NCBI GenBank assembly: GCA_963716475.1
Contig: OY970314.1
Coordinates: 237,226 to 301,225, forward strand
Reading direction: 5' to 3'
Length of the DNA: 64,000 nucleotides
Source of the DNA: Candidatus Woesebacteria bacterium
GTDB lineage: Bacteria > Patescibacteriota > Microgenomatia > UBA8517
Made by a program: the position numbers and the translations under genes. The first letter of the stretch is position 1, and every line of letters starts with the position of its first letter. The notes under the pieces were generated by a model. That model ran no database searches, was not told the DNA's origin, and worked only from the letters and a program-made list of their open reading frames with translations. This document shows, in pieces, positions 48,436 through 57,613 of this stretch.

Positions 48436-49644
48436 ATGAAAAGGTTTAATTACAAAGCCAAAGACAAGTTAGGGAATCTTGTTACGGGGGAAGTAGAGGC
48501 ATTCACTCCAAATGCGGCTGCAAGGCTGGTTAAGGGCAGAGGTCTTTATGTTATTTCCATAACGCCTAAAATGGACTCCCCCTTTGCCGTTATAAGAAGA
48601 TACAGGGACAGGGTTACCGTTGGTGATGTTGCAACTTTTACACGCCAACTTTCAACGATGATCAACGCGGGTCTCCCCATTACGGAGGCGATTTTAATTT
48701 TGAGATCACAGTCGAAAGGATCGATGCAAAAAATTGTCGCCCAGATTCTTGCGGATATTGAGGCGGGAGATTCTTTTTCCGACTCACTAAGTAAGCACCC
48801 TAAAGTATTCTCCCGTACGTATATTGCCCTCGTCCGGTCGGGGGAGGTCGGCGGAGTAATGGATGCGGTACTTCTCCGGTTGGCCGATAATATGGAGAAA
48901 CAGGAAGAATTCGGCAGCCGCGTGAGAGGGGCAATGATTTACCCGGCAATCATTATTGTAGGAATGGTAGTAGTCAGTTTCGTGATGATGATTTTTGTTA
49001 TCCCTAAGTTAACTTCTCTTTATACGGATTTTGGTGCCACACTCCCCGTCCCGACACAGATACTTATGGGAGTTTCTAGTTTCTTTGTCCGTTTTTGGTA
49101 CATAATGATCCTCCTCGTGGGTGGGGTGCTTTACGCTTACAGAATATATGTTTCAACACCCAAAGGGCGCAGGAATATGGACGCCTTTATATTCAAAATT
49201 CCCGTATATGGTGAGCTGCAGCGTCAGATTATTTTAACGGAATTGACACGTACTCTTTCTCTCATGGTCGGAGCAGGCGTTCCCATTCTTGAGGCTCTGA
49301 CTATTACTTCCGAGGTTGTGACCAATACTATAATTTCAGAAGCCTTGCGGGATGCGGCAACACAGGTTGAAAGAGGATTTCCTATAGCCTTTTCGTTTTC
49401 GCGTCATCCCGAGGCCTTCCCGTATTTATTAAGCCAGATGATAGCAGTGGGAGAAGAAACGGGGAAAATGGATGAAGTTTTGACTAAAATCAGCCACATT
49501 TTCGAAGTGGAAAGCGATGAAAAAGTCAAAGGTCTAACTGCGGCGATTGAACCGCTTGTGATGATAGTTTTGGGTATCGGGGTCGGATTTTTGGTTATTG
49601 CCGTAATACTTCCGATTTATAATTTGACCAGTCAAATTCAATAA
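48436..49644 (+). CDS. pilC: type IV pilus platform protein PilC (GspF family)
   Basis: Two GspF repeats with 3 TM; typical cytoplasmic-domain motifs. Confidence 0.85.
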   Translation: MKRFNYKAKDKLGNLVTGEVEAFTPNAAARLVKGRGLYVISITPKMDSPFAVIRRYRDRVTVGDVATFTRQLSTMINAGLPITEAILILRSQSKGSMQKIVAQILADIEAGDSFSDSLSKHPKVFSRTYIALVRSGEVGGVMDAVLLRLADNMEKQEEFGSRVRGAMIYPAIIIVGMVVVSFVMMIFVIPKLTSLYTDFGATLPVPTQILMGVSSFFVRFWYIMILLVGGVLYAYRIYVSTPKGRRNMDAFIFKIPVYGELQRQIILTELTRTLSLMVGAGVPILEALTITSEVVTNTIISEALRDAATQVERGFPIAFSFSRHPEAFPYLLSQMIAVGEETGKMDEVLTKISHIFEVESDEKVKGLTAAIEPLVMIVLGIGVGFLVIAVILPIYNLTSQIQ

Positions 49645-49702
49645 AATTAGCTTCGGAATAGTACTTGACAAGCAAATTTAGATAGTTAATACTGAATATG
49701 TA

Positions 49703-50287
49703 ATGAAAAGAACACTTGCCCAAGGCTTCACGCTGATTGAACTCCTGATCGTTATCGCAGTCCTCGGAATTTTGGCGGTTGCCGTTCTTTCTGCAATTAA
49801 CCCGATCGAACAGATTGACAGAAGCAGGGATACGGGAAGCCGGTCCGATGCCGAACAGCTTATAGGAGCTGTTGACAGGTTTTATGCTACTCAGGGTTAT
49901 TATCCCTGGAGATCAAGTCCGACTCTCGGTGCAGACGCATATGCCTTTAAGAGGATTACGGCTTTGACTGATTGGCAGGACAATACTGGTGTAAATGTGT
50001 TGGATAAGCTTTCGGGTGTTGGCGTCGGTGCGGCCGGCGAGGTAAAGTTGTCTTTTGTTCAGAGAATAATTGGAGCGGGATATAATTATATGTTTGTTTA
50101 TAACAGAGGAACCTCGGGTGATAGTACTTATGTATGTTTCAGCGGAAAGTCTAAGGCTTTTCAGAAAGAGGCTACGGATCGTTGTGCAGGTACCAATGGA
50201 GCTATACCGGATGATTTAGATAGAGCTTCTGTGTGTAATGTAACTGTGGATGGCGTTGCCGGCAAGAGTATGACGTGTCTTCCTTAG
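49703..50287 (+). CDS. type IV major pilin candidate (PilA-like)
   Basis: Class III signal and N-methylation motif AQGFTLIELLIVIAVLGILAVAVLSAI; first pilin, right after pilC; followed by a T-rich tract. Confidence 0.8.
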   Translation: MKRTLAQGFTLIELLIVIAVLGILAVAVLSAINPIEQIDRSRDTGSRSDAEQLIGAVDRFYATQGYYPWRSSPTLGADAYAFKRITALTDWQDNTGVNVLDKLSGVGVGAAGEVKLSFVQRIIGAGYNYMFVYNRGTSGDSTYVCFSGKSKAFQKEATDRCAGTNGAIPDDLDRASVCNVTVDGVAGKSMTCLP

Positions 50288-51008
50288 TGTCTTTTTTTTT
50301 ATTTTTCTTCTAGGACTTGTTTTTGGTTCGTTTATTTCGGCACTGACGTGGCGCTACCCCCTTGGCATCTCGGTTAATAAAGGAAGAAGTATTTGTCCGA
50401 ACTGTAAGAGTCAAATTTCCTGGAAAGATAATATTCCCCTGCTCTCCTTTATTCTTCTCGGAGGCAGATGCCGGAATTGCAAAAAGCCGATCTCATGGCG
50501 TTATCCTGCGATTGAGCTTGCGACCGGAATCGGTTTTATGCTAATAGGTTATCAAGTTTTGTGGTTAGTAGTCTTTTGTATCCTGGAAGCAATATTTATT
50601 ATTGATCTGGAGCATAGAATTATTCCCGACACATTTGTATTTACAGGAATTCTTTTACTTAGCTTATTCTTTATGTTTAGCGGCTATACGCTACTCCTGC
50701 CCGCTCTTTTGGGTGGTTTTCTTGCGGCAACATTCCTGGTTCTTATTCACTTATTTACCAAAGGGCGCGGTATGGGCCTCGGGGATGTTAAATTTGCCGT
50801 TTTGGGAGGAGTCTTGGTCGGACTGAAACTAACCCCGGTGTGGCTATTTTTGGCTTTCTTGACAGGCGCGGCGGTAGGAAGCATACTGATTTTGGGTAAG
50901 CGCGCACACCTTAAAAGCCAGATAGCTTTTGGACCTTTTTTGGTAGCCGCTATCCCTTTAGCTTTATTTTATGGAGAAAAAATACTTCTCTGGCTTAAGT
51001 TTTATTGA
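50287..51008 (+). CDS. pilD: prepilin peptidase PilD (A24 family); N-terminus lacks an in-frame canonical start (possible frameshift or slippage at T9 tract)
   Basis: Reading frame ..FFFIFLLGLVFGSFISALTWRYP..CPNCKSQISW..CRNCKKPISWRYP (Zn-finger CxxC..CxxC) continues into the track ORF 50538..51008 (A24 TM core with GMGLGDVKF); in this frame a TGA lies just upstream and no ATG/GTG/TTG occurs before the conserved N-terminus; a GTG overlapping the pilin stop is in the +1 frame before a T9 run. Confidence 0.65.
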
Positions 51009-51585
51009 GGTTATGGTCGCCGTAAGTGTTATTGCCATTTTGACCCTGCTTGTAATAAATACTTATCTCGGTCAGACTTTTAAAGGATATGATGCGAAAC
51101 GCAAGGGAGACCTCGATAGAATTAAAGTGGCCACGGAAGAGTACGAAAAGGACAATAATTGCTACCCTCCCGCCGCTCTTGTTAAATGTGAGAATGGAGG
51201 TGCCGGACTTAAACCTTACTTAAACACAATTCCCTGTGACCCGAAAACCCATGAATCGTATGCTTATGAACCGGATCCCGAGGGTTGCCCCATATGGTTT
51301 CGGGCTTATGCCAAATTGGAAAATCTGGGCGACAAGTCAGCAATACCGGGAATTGGCCCGGGCGGAGCCTATAATTATTATGTGTCAAGTCCGAACGCAC
51401 CCCTTCTTGGTGGATTTGCCAGTGAGGTCCCGACCTCTCATTGGGGTTGTTTTAGCGGAATCTGTAAGCCTTTAAAAGAGAATCCTCCGGGAAACCCTGT
51501 TTGCGGCCCTTCCAGTACGACATCCGATTGTTATAGTCTTAACCATTGTATTCCTGAGGGTGCTCAGGATTGGGAGTGTAAATGA
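50971..51585 (+). CDS. pilin-like protein (minor pilin/pseudopilin)
   Basis: N-terminus FSGLSFIEVMVAVSVIAILTLLV (Gly at -1, Glu at +5); Cys-rich C-terminal region; overlaps the pilD 3' end. Confidence 0.6.
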   Translation: MEKKYFSGLSFIEVMVAVSVIAILTLLVINTYLGQTFKGYDAKRKGDLDRIKVATEEYEKDNNCYPPAALVKCENGGAGLKPYLNTIPCDPKTHESYAYEPDPEGCPIWFRAYAKLENLGDKSAIPGIGPGGAYNYYVSSPNAPLLGGFASEVPTSHWGCFSGICKPLKENPPGNPVCGPSSTTSDCYSLNHCIPEGAQDWECK

Positions 51586-52163
51586 AGAAATTTTCCAAAA
51601 CCGAGCTGATTTCAATATTTGTCATTTTTTTTATTTTGATAGCTGTTTCTGTTCCTAATTTTGTTATAAGTATAAGGAGAGCCCGCGATCAGGTAAGGAG
51701 GGACGATATGGGGACATTGGTTCATGCACTGGATCAGTATATGACCGATTTTAAAACGTTTCCGTCTGCTTCTCCTGACGGACGCATGATGGATTGTCTC
51801 AAGCCCGGAGATAAACCGGTTAAAGATAATAAAGGAAATTGGACGTTTAGCCCGATCCCCTGCGACTGGGGGAAAGATTCTTTTGCCAACCTTATAAACG
51901 GTAATATTTATATATCTGTGCTTCCCCGCGACCCGGATTATCAAAAAGGAGCAAAGTATTTGTATTTTAGTGACGGAGACAGATATCAAATCTATGCCGC
52001 AATGGAGGGGTCGGATGAAGCGGAAGTTGATCCAAAAATAGTTGCCAGGGGTCTTTTGTGCGGAACCAGAGTTTGCAATATTGGCCGCTCTTATAATGTT
52101 CCTACTGATATTTCTATCGAGGAATATGATAAATTATTAATAGTACCCAATGTTAAAAAATAA
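51582..52163 (+). CDS. atypical pilin-like protein lacking the conserved Gly before the hydrophobic segment
   Basis: MKKFSKTELISIFVIFFILIAVSV... then RRARDQVRRDDMGTLVHALDQYMTDF (pilin-like alpha1 pattern) and conserved YP..LPRDP block shared with neighbouring pilins. Confidence 0.5.
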   Translation: MKKFSKTELISIFVIFFILIAVSVPNFVISIRRARDQVRRDDMGTLVHALDQYMTDFKTFPSASPDGRMMDCLKPGDKPVKDNKGNWTFSPIPCDWGKDSFANLINGNIYISVLPRDPDYQKGAKYLYFSDGDRYQIYAAMEGSDEAEVDPKIVARGLLCGTRVCNIGRSYNVPTDISIEEYDKLLIVPNVKK

Positions 52164-52710
52164 TCGGAAATTATCTAAAGGTTTTACTCTAATCGAGATT
52201 TTGGTGGTAATGGTAATTTTGGGAATTTTGGTTACCATCGGTCTCGCTTCGTTTGTGTCTGCACAGGCAAGAAGCCGTGATGTCAGGCGTAAAAGTGACC
52301 TTAAGCAAATTGCAACGTCTCTGGATCTTTACTATTCCGATTATGAGGTCTACCCTACGGGTTCGGTTGACGGAAAAATCAAGGGTTGCCCATCCGGTAC
52401 GGGAGTGGCTTGTGTTTGGGGAGGAACTCCGTCGGAATTTAAGGATGGGAAAACTACTTATATGAAAATAGTTCCGGCTGATCCTTTACTGGGGTATAAC
52501 TACTATTATCGGACTATTACCGTTAACTCTTCGGTGGTCGGTTTTCAACTTTATGCACATTTGGAAAACACCAAGGACATCAATTGTCTACCCGATGCAA
52601 CGGGTGTAGCCAACTGCAGTAACCCTGTAATTCCCGCCGGTGTAACATGCGGCGGATCTTCAAAATGTAATTTTTCTTTAACAAGTTCTAACGTAACACC
52701 GACTCAGTAG
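52150..52710 (+). CDS. type IV pilin-like protein
   Basis: KGFTLIEILVVMVILGIL...RSRDVRRKSDLKQIATSLDLYYSDYEVYP...VPADP. Confidence 0.7.
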   Translation: MLKNNRKLSKGFTLIEILVVMVILGILVTIGLASFVSAQARSRDVRRKSDLKQIATSLDLYYSDYEVYPTGSVDGKIKGCPSGTGVACVWGGTPSEFKDGKTTYMKIVPADPLLGYNYYYRTITVNSSVVGFQLYAHLENTKDINCLPDATGVANCSNPVIPAGVTCGGSSKCNFSLTSSNVTPTQ

Positions 52711-52751
52711 TGGTCTTAGAAAACTTTTCGTAGTATCATTTATACAGGAAT

Positions 52752-53252
52752 ATGTCTGCCCGATTTATAAAACTTGGCTTCACACTAATCGAACTTCTGG
52801 TGGTTATTTCTATAATCGGGATTTTGGCAACTCTTGTTGTTGCAAACTTAAATTCCGCAAGATCTCGTGCCCGCGACGCTGCGAGAAAGTCGGATCTTGG
52901 GAATATTTCCACAGCTCTTAGAATTTATTATAACGATAGAAACGTTTATCCGGCCAAAGACGCCTCATATCAGATTGTAGGCTGCAGTTCATACACTACC
53001 CCAGCTACTTGTGCCTGGGGGACCGAATGGTCAGTAGGCTCCGATCCCAATAAGATTACATATATGGCAACGGTTCCGAAAGACCCTCTCCCTTCACAGT
53101 CATACAGGTATGAGCCCGGTGCGACGGGTGATACATTTATCCTGACGGCTTGTTTGGAAAACGGCAGTGACGCTCAAGGCGTAACCACAGTCAGTACAGC
53201 CTACGATACTTTCTGTTCATCGTCCCATTGGATGTTCCAGTTAAAGCAATGA
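52752..53252 (+). CDS. type IV pilin-like protein
   Basis: LGFTLIELLVVISIIGILA...RSRARDAARKSDLGNISTALRIYYNDRNVYP...VPKDP. Confidence 0.7.
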   Translation: MSARFIKLGFTLIELLVVISIIGILATLVVANLNSARSRARDAARKSDLGNISTALRIYYNDRNVYPAKDASYQIVGCSSYTTPATCAWGTEWSVGSDPNKITYMATVPKDPLPSQSYRYEPGATGDTFILTACLENGSDAQGVTTVSTAYDTFCSSSHWMFQLKQ

Positions 53253-53740
53253 AAATTATAAAAAACGGCTTCACACTGATTGAACTTTTGGTAGTTATTT
53301 CTATAATCGGGATTTTGGCTGCAATGGCCACCTTATCCTTCACCTCGGCTCAGAGACAGGCGAGGGACGTCACCAGAAAATCTGATTTAGCGCAATACCG
53401 CACTGCATTGGAAATGTTTGCCAATAAAAATAACGGTTTGTATCCAACTTCTTCTGCGACCTCCGTGTCACGCATCGATCCTAAAAATCTTTGTACTACA
53501 CTGGAACTTGGCACGAACTGTCCTGCCGATCCGAAGACAAGTGACTCTAATTATTATTATAGCTATATAACTGATGTTGCAGCCGCCCCGCTTTTCTCTG
53601 CGCAAGCGACACAGTATGTTCTGTGGGCAAAACTCGAAAACGTTACAACATCACCCACCTACTGGGTACTTTGCTCGGGCGGTAAAAGCGGGGTCCTAGC
53701 TACCGGTGTCACTCCGTCAACCGGAGCGTGTCCTATCTGA
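53228..53740 (+). CDS. type IV pilin-like protein
   Basis: NGFTLIELLVVISIIGILAAMA...RQARDVTRKSDLAQYRTALEMF; probable start MKIIKNGF at about 53249. Confidence 0.7.
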   Translation: MDVPVKAMKIIKNGFTLIELLVVISIIGILAAMATLSFTSAQRQARDVTRKSDLAQYRTALEMFANKNNGLYPTSSATSVSRIDPKNLCTTLELGTNCPADPKTSDSNYYYSYITDVAAAPLFSAQATQYVLWAKLENVTTSPTYWVLCSGGKSGVLATGVTPSTGACPI

Positions 53741-54213
53741 TGAAATTACAAATCCCAAATTCCAAAATACAAACTCTGGCTCGGGGTTTCACTTTGATCG
53801 AACTTCTGGTGGTTATTTCCATTATTGGAATACTTCTGGGGCTTTCGGTTTTTGGCCTGCAGGGGGCAAGGTTGTCTGCCAGGGATGCCCGACGTAAGTC
53901 TGATTTGGAAGCTATTCGGAGCGGACTTGAAATGTATAAGGCGGATTGTAATAGCTACCCTCTTACTGCTCAAGTAGCCGGTGGGACGGCGCTTGTCGGC
54001 GCTGCGGGACTGGCCGGATGTACCGGAAATACTTATATTTCACTGATACCGATGGATCCAGTTTCTCCGGCCCGATCCTATGCGTACGTATCCGCCGGCA
54101 CGACTTATACTTTGTGTGCTGCGTTGGAACAGGCACCATCCCCCGCAATGGCACCGAACCCCGCCTGTGGTAGCTGTACGGTTGGATGTAATTATCGGGT
54201 TATAAATCCATGA
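53728..54213 (+). CDS. type IV pilin-like protein
   Basis: RGFTLIELLVVISIIGILLGL...ARDARRKSDLEAIRSGLEMYKADCNSYP...IPMDP. Confidence 0.7.
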   Translation: MSYLMKLQIPNSKIQTLARGFTLIELLVVISIIGILLGLSVFGLQGARLSARDARRKSDLEAIRSGLEMYKADCNSYPLTAQVAGGTALVGAAGLAGCTGNTYISLIPMDPVSPARSYAYVSAGTTYTLCAALEQAPSPAMAPNPACGSCTVGCNYRVINP

Positions 54214-54220
54214 CCATGAA

Positions 54221-54775
54221 ATGGAAACATCAAATTACAAAAAACAAATACCAAATAAAAAAGGTGGTTATGGGTACACCCCAATAAGAACCATTCGAAA
54301 GAACCCTGTCAGTGTGTATGCCTACACCCTGATTGAAATTCTGGTAACCCTGACAATCATAGGACTTCTTTTTGGCTTCGGATACGCCAATTTTAGGGAT
54401 TTTTCGAGACGGCAGGTACTCAGCGATGCCGTAAAGACGATACAAGGAGACTTGAGGTTTACCCAGGCTAATGCAATAACAGGCCAGAAGCCGACAGGTT
54501 GTGATTTAACCAAAACGCTTGACAGTTATAGCTTCAAAGTTGTTTCTGAAACTGAATACACAATTTTAGCAAACTGCGGAAGTACGACAGTTACAGTAAA
54601 GGATGTAAATATAGCTCCGGGTATTACTATTGCGCCTATTCCCATAACTCTGAATTTTAAAATTTTAGGTCAAGGGACAGACGTGGGCAGTTCCGATTGG
54701 ACACTGACTCTGGTGCAAGACGGAACGGCAAACACGGGAACCGTGACTGTGACGTCGGGAGGAGAAATAAAATGA
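54221..54775 (+). CDS. pseudopilin-like protein (non-canonical AYTLIE leader)
   Basis: Long basic leader then AYTLIEILVTLTIIGLLFGFGYANF; beta-rich C-terminus. Confidence 0.5.
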   Translation: METSNYKKQIPNKKGGYGYTPIRTIRKNPVSVYAYTLIEILVTLTIIGLLFGFGYANFRDFSRRQVLSDAVKTIQGDLRFTQANAITGQKPTGCDLTKTLDSYSFKVVSETEYTILANCGSTTVTVKDVNIAPGITIAPIPITLNFKILGQGTDVGSSDWTLTLVQDGTANTGTVTVTSGGEIK

Positions 54776-55215
54776 AATCACAATCCGGGCAGTCGCTTTT
54801 TGAGCTTGTGGTTGCAATTGCGATTAGCGCTCTGATGATTGTTGCCATGGTTTCCCTGGCGGTAAACTCCATCCAAAATGCAAATTTTGCCAAAAATAAG
54901 GCCCTGGCCTCAACTTATGCCCAGCAGGCGATGGAGTGGCTCAGAGGACAAAGGGATAGCGGAATAGATACCTTTATCGATAATGTAACAATGGCTACCG
55001 GTTCGAGTAGATGTTTAAACGATTTAGCTTGGACAGTTGCTCCCTGCGGTTCGGGTGCAACCATCACGGGGACCCCTTTTATACGTCAAGTAACTTTTAG
55101 CGTAACGACCCAAAACACTAAAAAAGTTGTTAAGGCAGATGTTACGGTTTCCTGGAAGGACTCGCAAGGAACCCATCAAGTAGAAAGTGCCACGAATTTG
55201 GCAGATTTGAGATAG
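54772..55215 (+). CDS. pseudopilin-like protein
   Basis: MKSQSGQSLFELVVAIAISALMIVAMVSLAVN; the track ORF 54697 start is an upstream extension. Confidence 0.55.
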   Translation: MKSQSGQSLFELVVAIAISALMIVAMVSLAVNSIQNANFAKNKALASTYAQQAMEWLRGQRDSGIDTFIDNVTMATGSSRCLNDLAWTVAPCGSGATITGTPFIRQVTFSVTTQNTKKVVKADVTVSWKDSQGTHQVESATNLADLR

Positions 55216-55224
55216 TGTTTAAAA

Positions 55225-55740
55225 ATGACAAATAGTAAATTACGAATCACAAAAGTTGCGGGAAAGGGTATGAGTCTGGTCGAAATTCTTGTTGTGATTA
55301 CAATTTTTGCGGTACTCGGTATTTTGATTACACAATCCGTTATCCTGACTTTGCAGGGTTCTCAAAAGAGTGAATCGATTGTGCGTGCAAGGGAAAACCT
55401 GGATTATTCTCTGAATATAATCGAACGGCAACTCAGAAATGCCGACTCTGTCATATCATGTCCAGACCCCTATACAATTAATTATCTGGACCAAAGCGGT
55501 GTTTCCACTTCATTTTCGTGTCAACAAATGGGGTCAAACGATTCTTATATTGCGTCAGGTTCTGCCAGATTGACGACAGACACGGTTAAAATAACAGGCT
55601 GTACTTTTACCTGTACTCCGGCGACTATGACCAATCCTGCATTGGTTAAAGTAGACCTTATTGTGCAGGAAGATTTTAAATCGGGGGCGCAAAGCGCCAG
55701 TATATCGGCCTCAACGCAGATTTATCTCAGGAATTATTAA
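55225..55740 (+). CDS. pseudopilin-like protein
   Basis: GKGMSLVEILVVITIFAVLGILITQSVILTL. Confidence 0.55.
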   Translation: MTNSKLRITKVAGKGMSLVEILVVITIFAVLGILITQSVILTLQGSQKSESIVRARENLDYSLNIIERQLRNADSVISCPDPYTINYLDQSGVSTSFSCQQMGSNDSYIASGSARLTTDTVKITGCTFTCTPATMTNPALVKVDLIVQEDFKSGAQSASISASTQIYLRNY

Positions 55741-55754
55741 CATTTTCCGGTATT

Positions 55755-57581
55755 TTAGACAACAATTACATTCGTAAATCTACGGTCTTTGTTAAGGAAT
55801 CTTTCAAGATTTTTCTCGTCTTTGCGTGAAAGATTTTCAACGACCATTCTCCAAGTAAAAATTCCATTATGGGTCCGGTTTTCCTGGGGATTAATATTTC
55901 CTCCAAGGGCATCTATTTTGGAAGAAACCAAGGATGTGATGCCGTGTGCATCCGGTCCCTCGATCAAGATTGATGTCAGCCCAAGATGCTCTTTTGTTAT
56001 TTCTGCGTCGTCTAAGTGTTTTTCCAGATCAGCCGTGTCCATCACACCCGCACCGATTTTGTAATAGAGATCTTCGACCAAATTTTTAGTTCCTAATATA
56101 AACAATAAATGCTCGAGATTACCCTTACATTTGTCAATTTTAGACAAATCGGCGAGATCGATTAGACCCCTTTTGGCAATAATATTTCCGATCGCCTCTT
56201 TGCCCTTGATTTTAAGAATCGATCTCTCCTCATCGGACAACATTTCGTCTATTATTTTTATTGTAGCCGGTAAACTATATTCTTTTGATTCTTTTTCCGG
56301 AGCAATTCTTGGTTCTCCCAACTCTATTCTTATACGGGCACCGTTTGGCAAAACCGTTGATATGGGAAATCTTTCACCGTCGATAAAAACATATTTGGCT
56401 CTTGCCCCCATTTGATGGCTGTTTGCAAAAGCAAAATCATAACCGGTAGCTTTTAACTTTAAGAACTTGGCCTCATCAGTCTCAGTGAACACCAGTTTAA
56501 GAGCATGCTTCGATAGATCCGTATCCCCTTTTCTTATGAGACTTACTACCCCCCATCTATTGAAGTCCTCTTTTTCACTGCTCGTGATTGCAATTTCCGT
56601 TGAACCTTGTTGAAAATCCAGAGTCAGTTGTATAGCGCTATAATCGTTGTCTCTTGGTTTGAAGTAAAAGTCGTCAAAACGTTTGTCATCCTCAATTTCT
56701 GCAAAATTTTGTCTGACTGCACCGAGCATTTTATAGACATTGTTTCTTGTATCGGCACTTTCGGCGCCTGGGACTATCACCCTGAAACTTATTAAATCAT
56801 TTATTTTATGGGGAAGATCTTTGCCCATTTTATTTTTTAATTTGGGTAAGCTGATCATTCTGGTTTCGACATTTGCGTCAATCGAGGCGTCTGCGGCGAT
56901 GAATTCCAGGGTTGATTTCAACCAGGCTTTGAATTTTTCCTCAGTCCTGGGATCTGCATTGAGGGTACGTGAGTATTTTTCGAAGTCTTCGGGACAGGAA
57001 TATTCCATAGAAAGATCTTCAAGCTCTCTCATAACCTTCCACATTCCAAGAGATTCCGCCATTTTTGCATAGCTTTTTGTTTCATTGGCTTTTGCAATTT
57101 GCTTATCAACCGGCATAAAACCAAGAGTTCTCATGTTATGTAAACGGTCAGCAAGTTTAAGTACACCAACATTCGGGTCTATAAGGTTCTTACTGAAGAT
57201 TTTTCTTACTGTTTCCCTATCATTTTCAATTTTACTTACACCATTTTGTTTTTCTGATCGAAGTTGGGAAACGCCATCTACCAGGAATGCCACATTTGGT
57301 CCGAATTCGTTTTCGATATCATTTAGTGTTAGTGTCGTATCTTCGATAGTATCGTGAAGTAGTGCCGCTATTCTAAGATCGGGCGAACTGATACCCCATT
57401 CGCTGCTGATTATTTTTTCAACTGCCTTACAGTGCGTGATATATGGGGTGCCTTCTGCCCGGAGGCGTCCTTCGTGGGCCCTTTCGGCCATAGTGTAGGC
57501 AGTAGAATAAATACCCGAATATTCGGGTATATTTTCCAAATGATCTTGGTTTGGGGCACCTCTTTCCATATTGAATTGCAA
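55755..57581 (-). CDS. bifunctional (p)ppGpp synthetase/hydrolase Rel/SpoT homolog
   Basis: HD hydrolase motif (LLHDTIEDT); synthetase block YFKPRDNDYSAIQLTLDF...TEIAITS; TGS-like KYVFIDGERFPISTVLPNGARIRI. Confidence 0.8.
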   Translation of the reverse strand: MQFNMERGAPNQDHLENIPEYSGIYSTAYTMAERAHEGRLRAEGTPYITHCKAVEKIISSEWGISSPDLRIAALLHDTIEDTTLTLNDIENEFGPNVAFLVDGVSQLRSEKQNGVSKIENDRETVRKIFSKNLIDPNVGVLKLADRLHNMRTLGFMPVDKQIAKANETKSYAKMAESLGMWKVMRELEDLSMEYSCPEDFEKYSRTLNADPRTEEKFKAWLKSTLEFIAADASIDANVETRMISLPKLKNKMGKDLPHKINDLISFRVIVPGAESADTRNNVYKMLGAVRQNFAEIEDDKRFDDFYFKPRDNDYSAIQLTLDFQQGSTEIAITSSEKEDFNRWGVVSLIRKGDTDLSKHALKLVFTETDEAKFLKLKATGYDFAFANSHQMGARAKYVFIDGERFPISTVLPNGARIRIELGEPRIAPEKESKEYSLPATIKIIDEMLSDEERSILKIKGKEAIGNIIAKRGLIDLADLSKIDKCKGNLEHLLFILGTKNLVEDLYYKIGAGVMDTADLEKHLDDAEITKEHLGLTSILIEGPDAHGITSLVSSKIDALGGNINPQENRTHNGIFTWRMVVENLSRKDEKNLERFLNKDRRFTNVIVV

Positions 57582-57613
57582 TTATACCACCCACTTGCTA
57601 AACTGGATTTACC

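Noticed and set aside
50362-50544. 60-aa ORF from the track in the pilD N-terminal region
   Set aside because: It is out of frame relative to the conserved prepilin-peptidase zinc-finger N-terminus (CPNC..CRNC), which continues into the 50538..51008 ORF; considered an overlapping artefact
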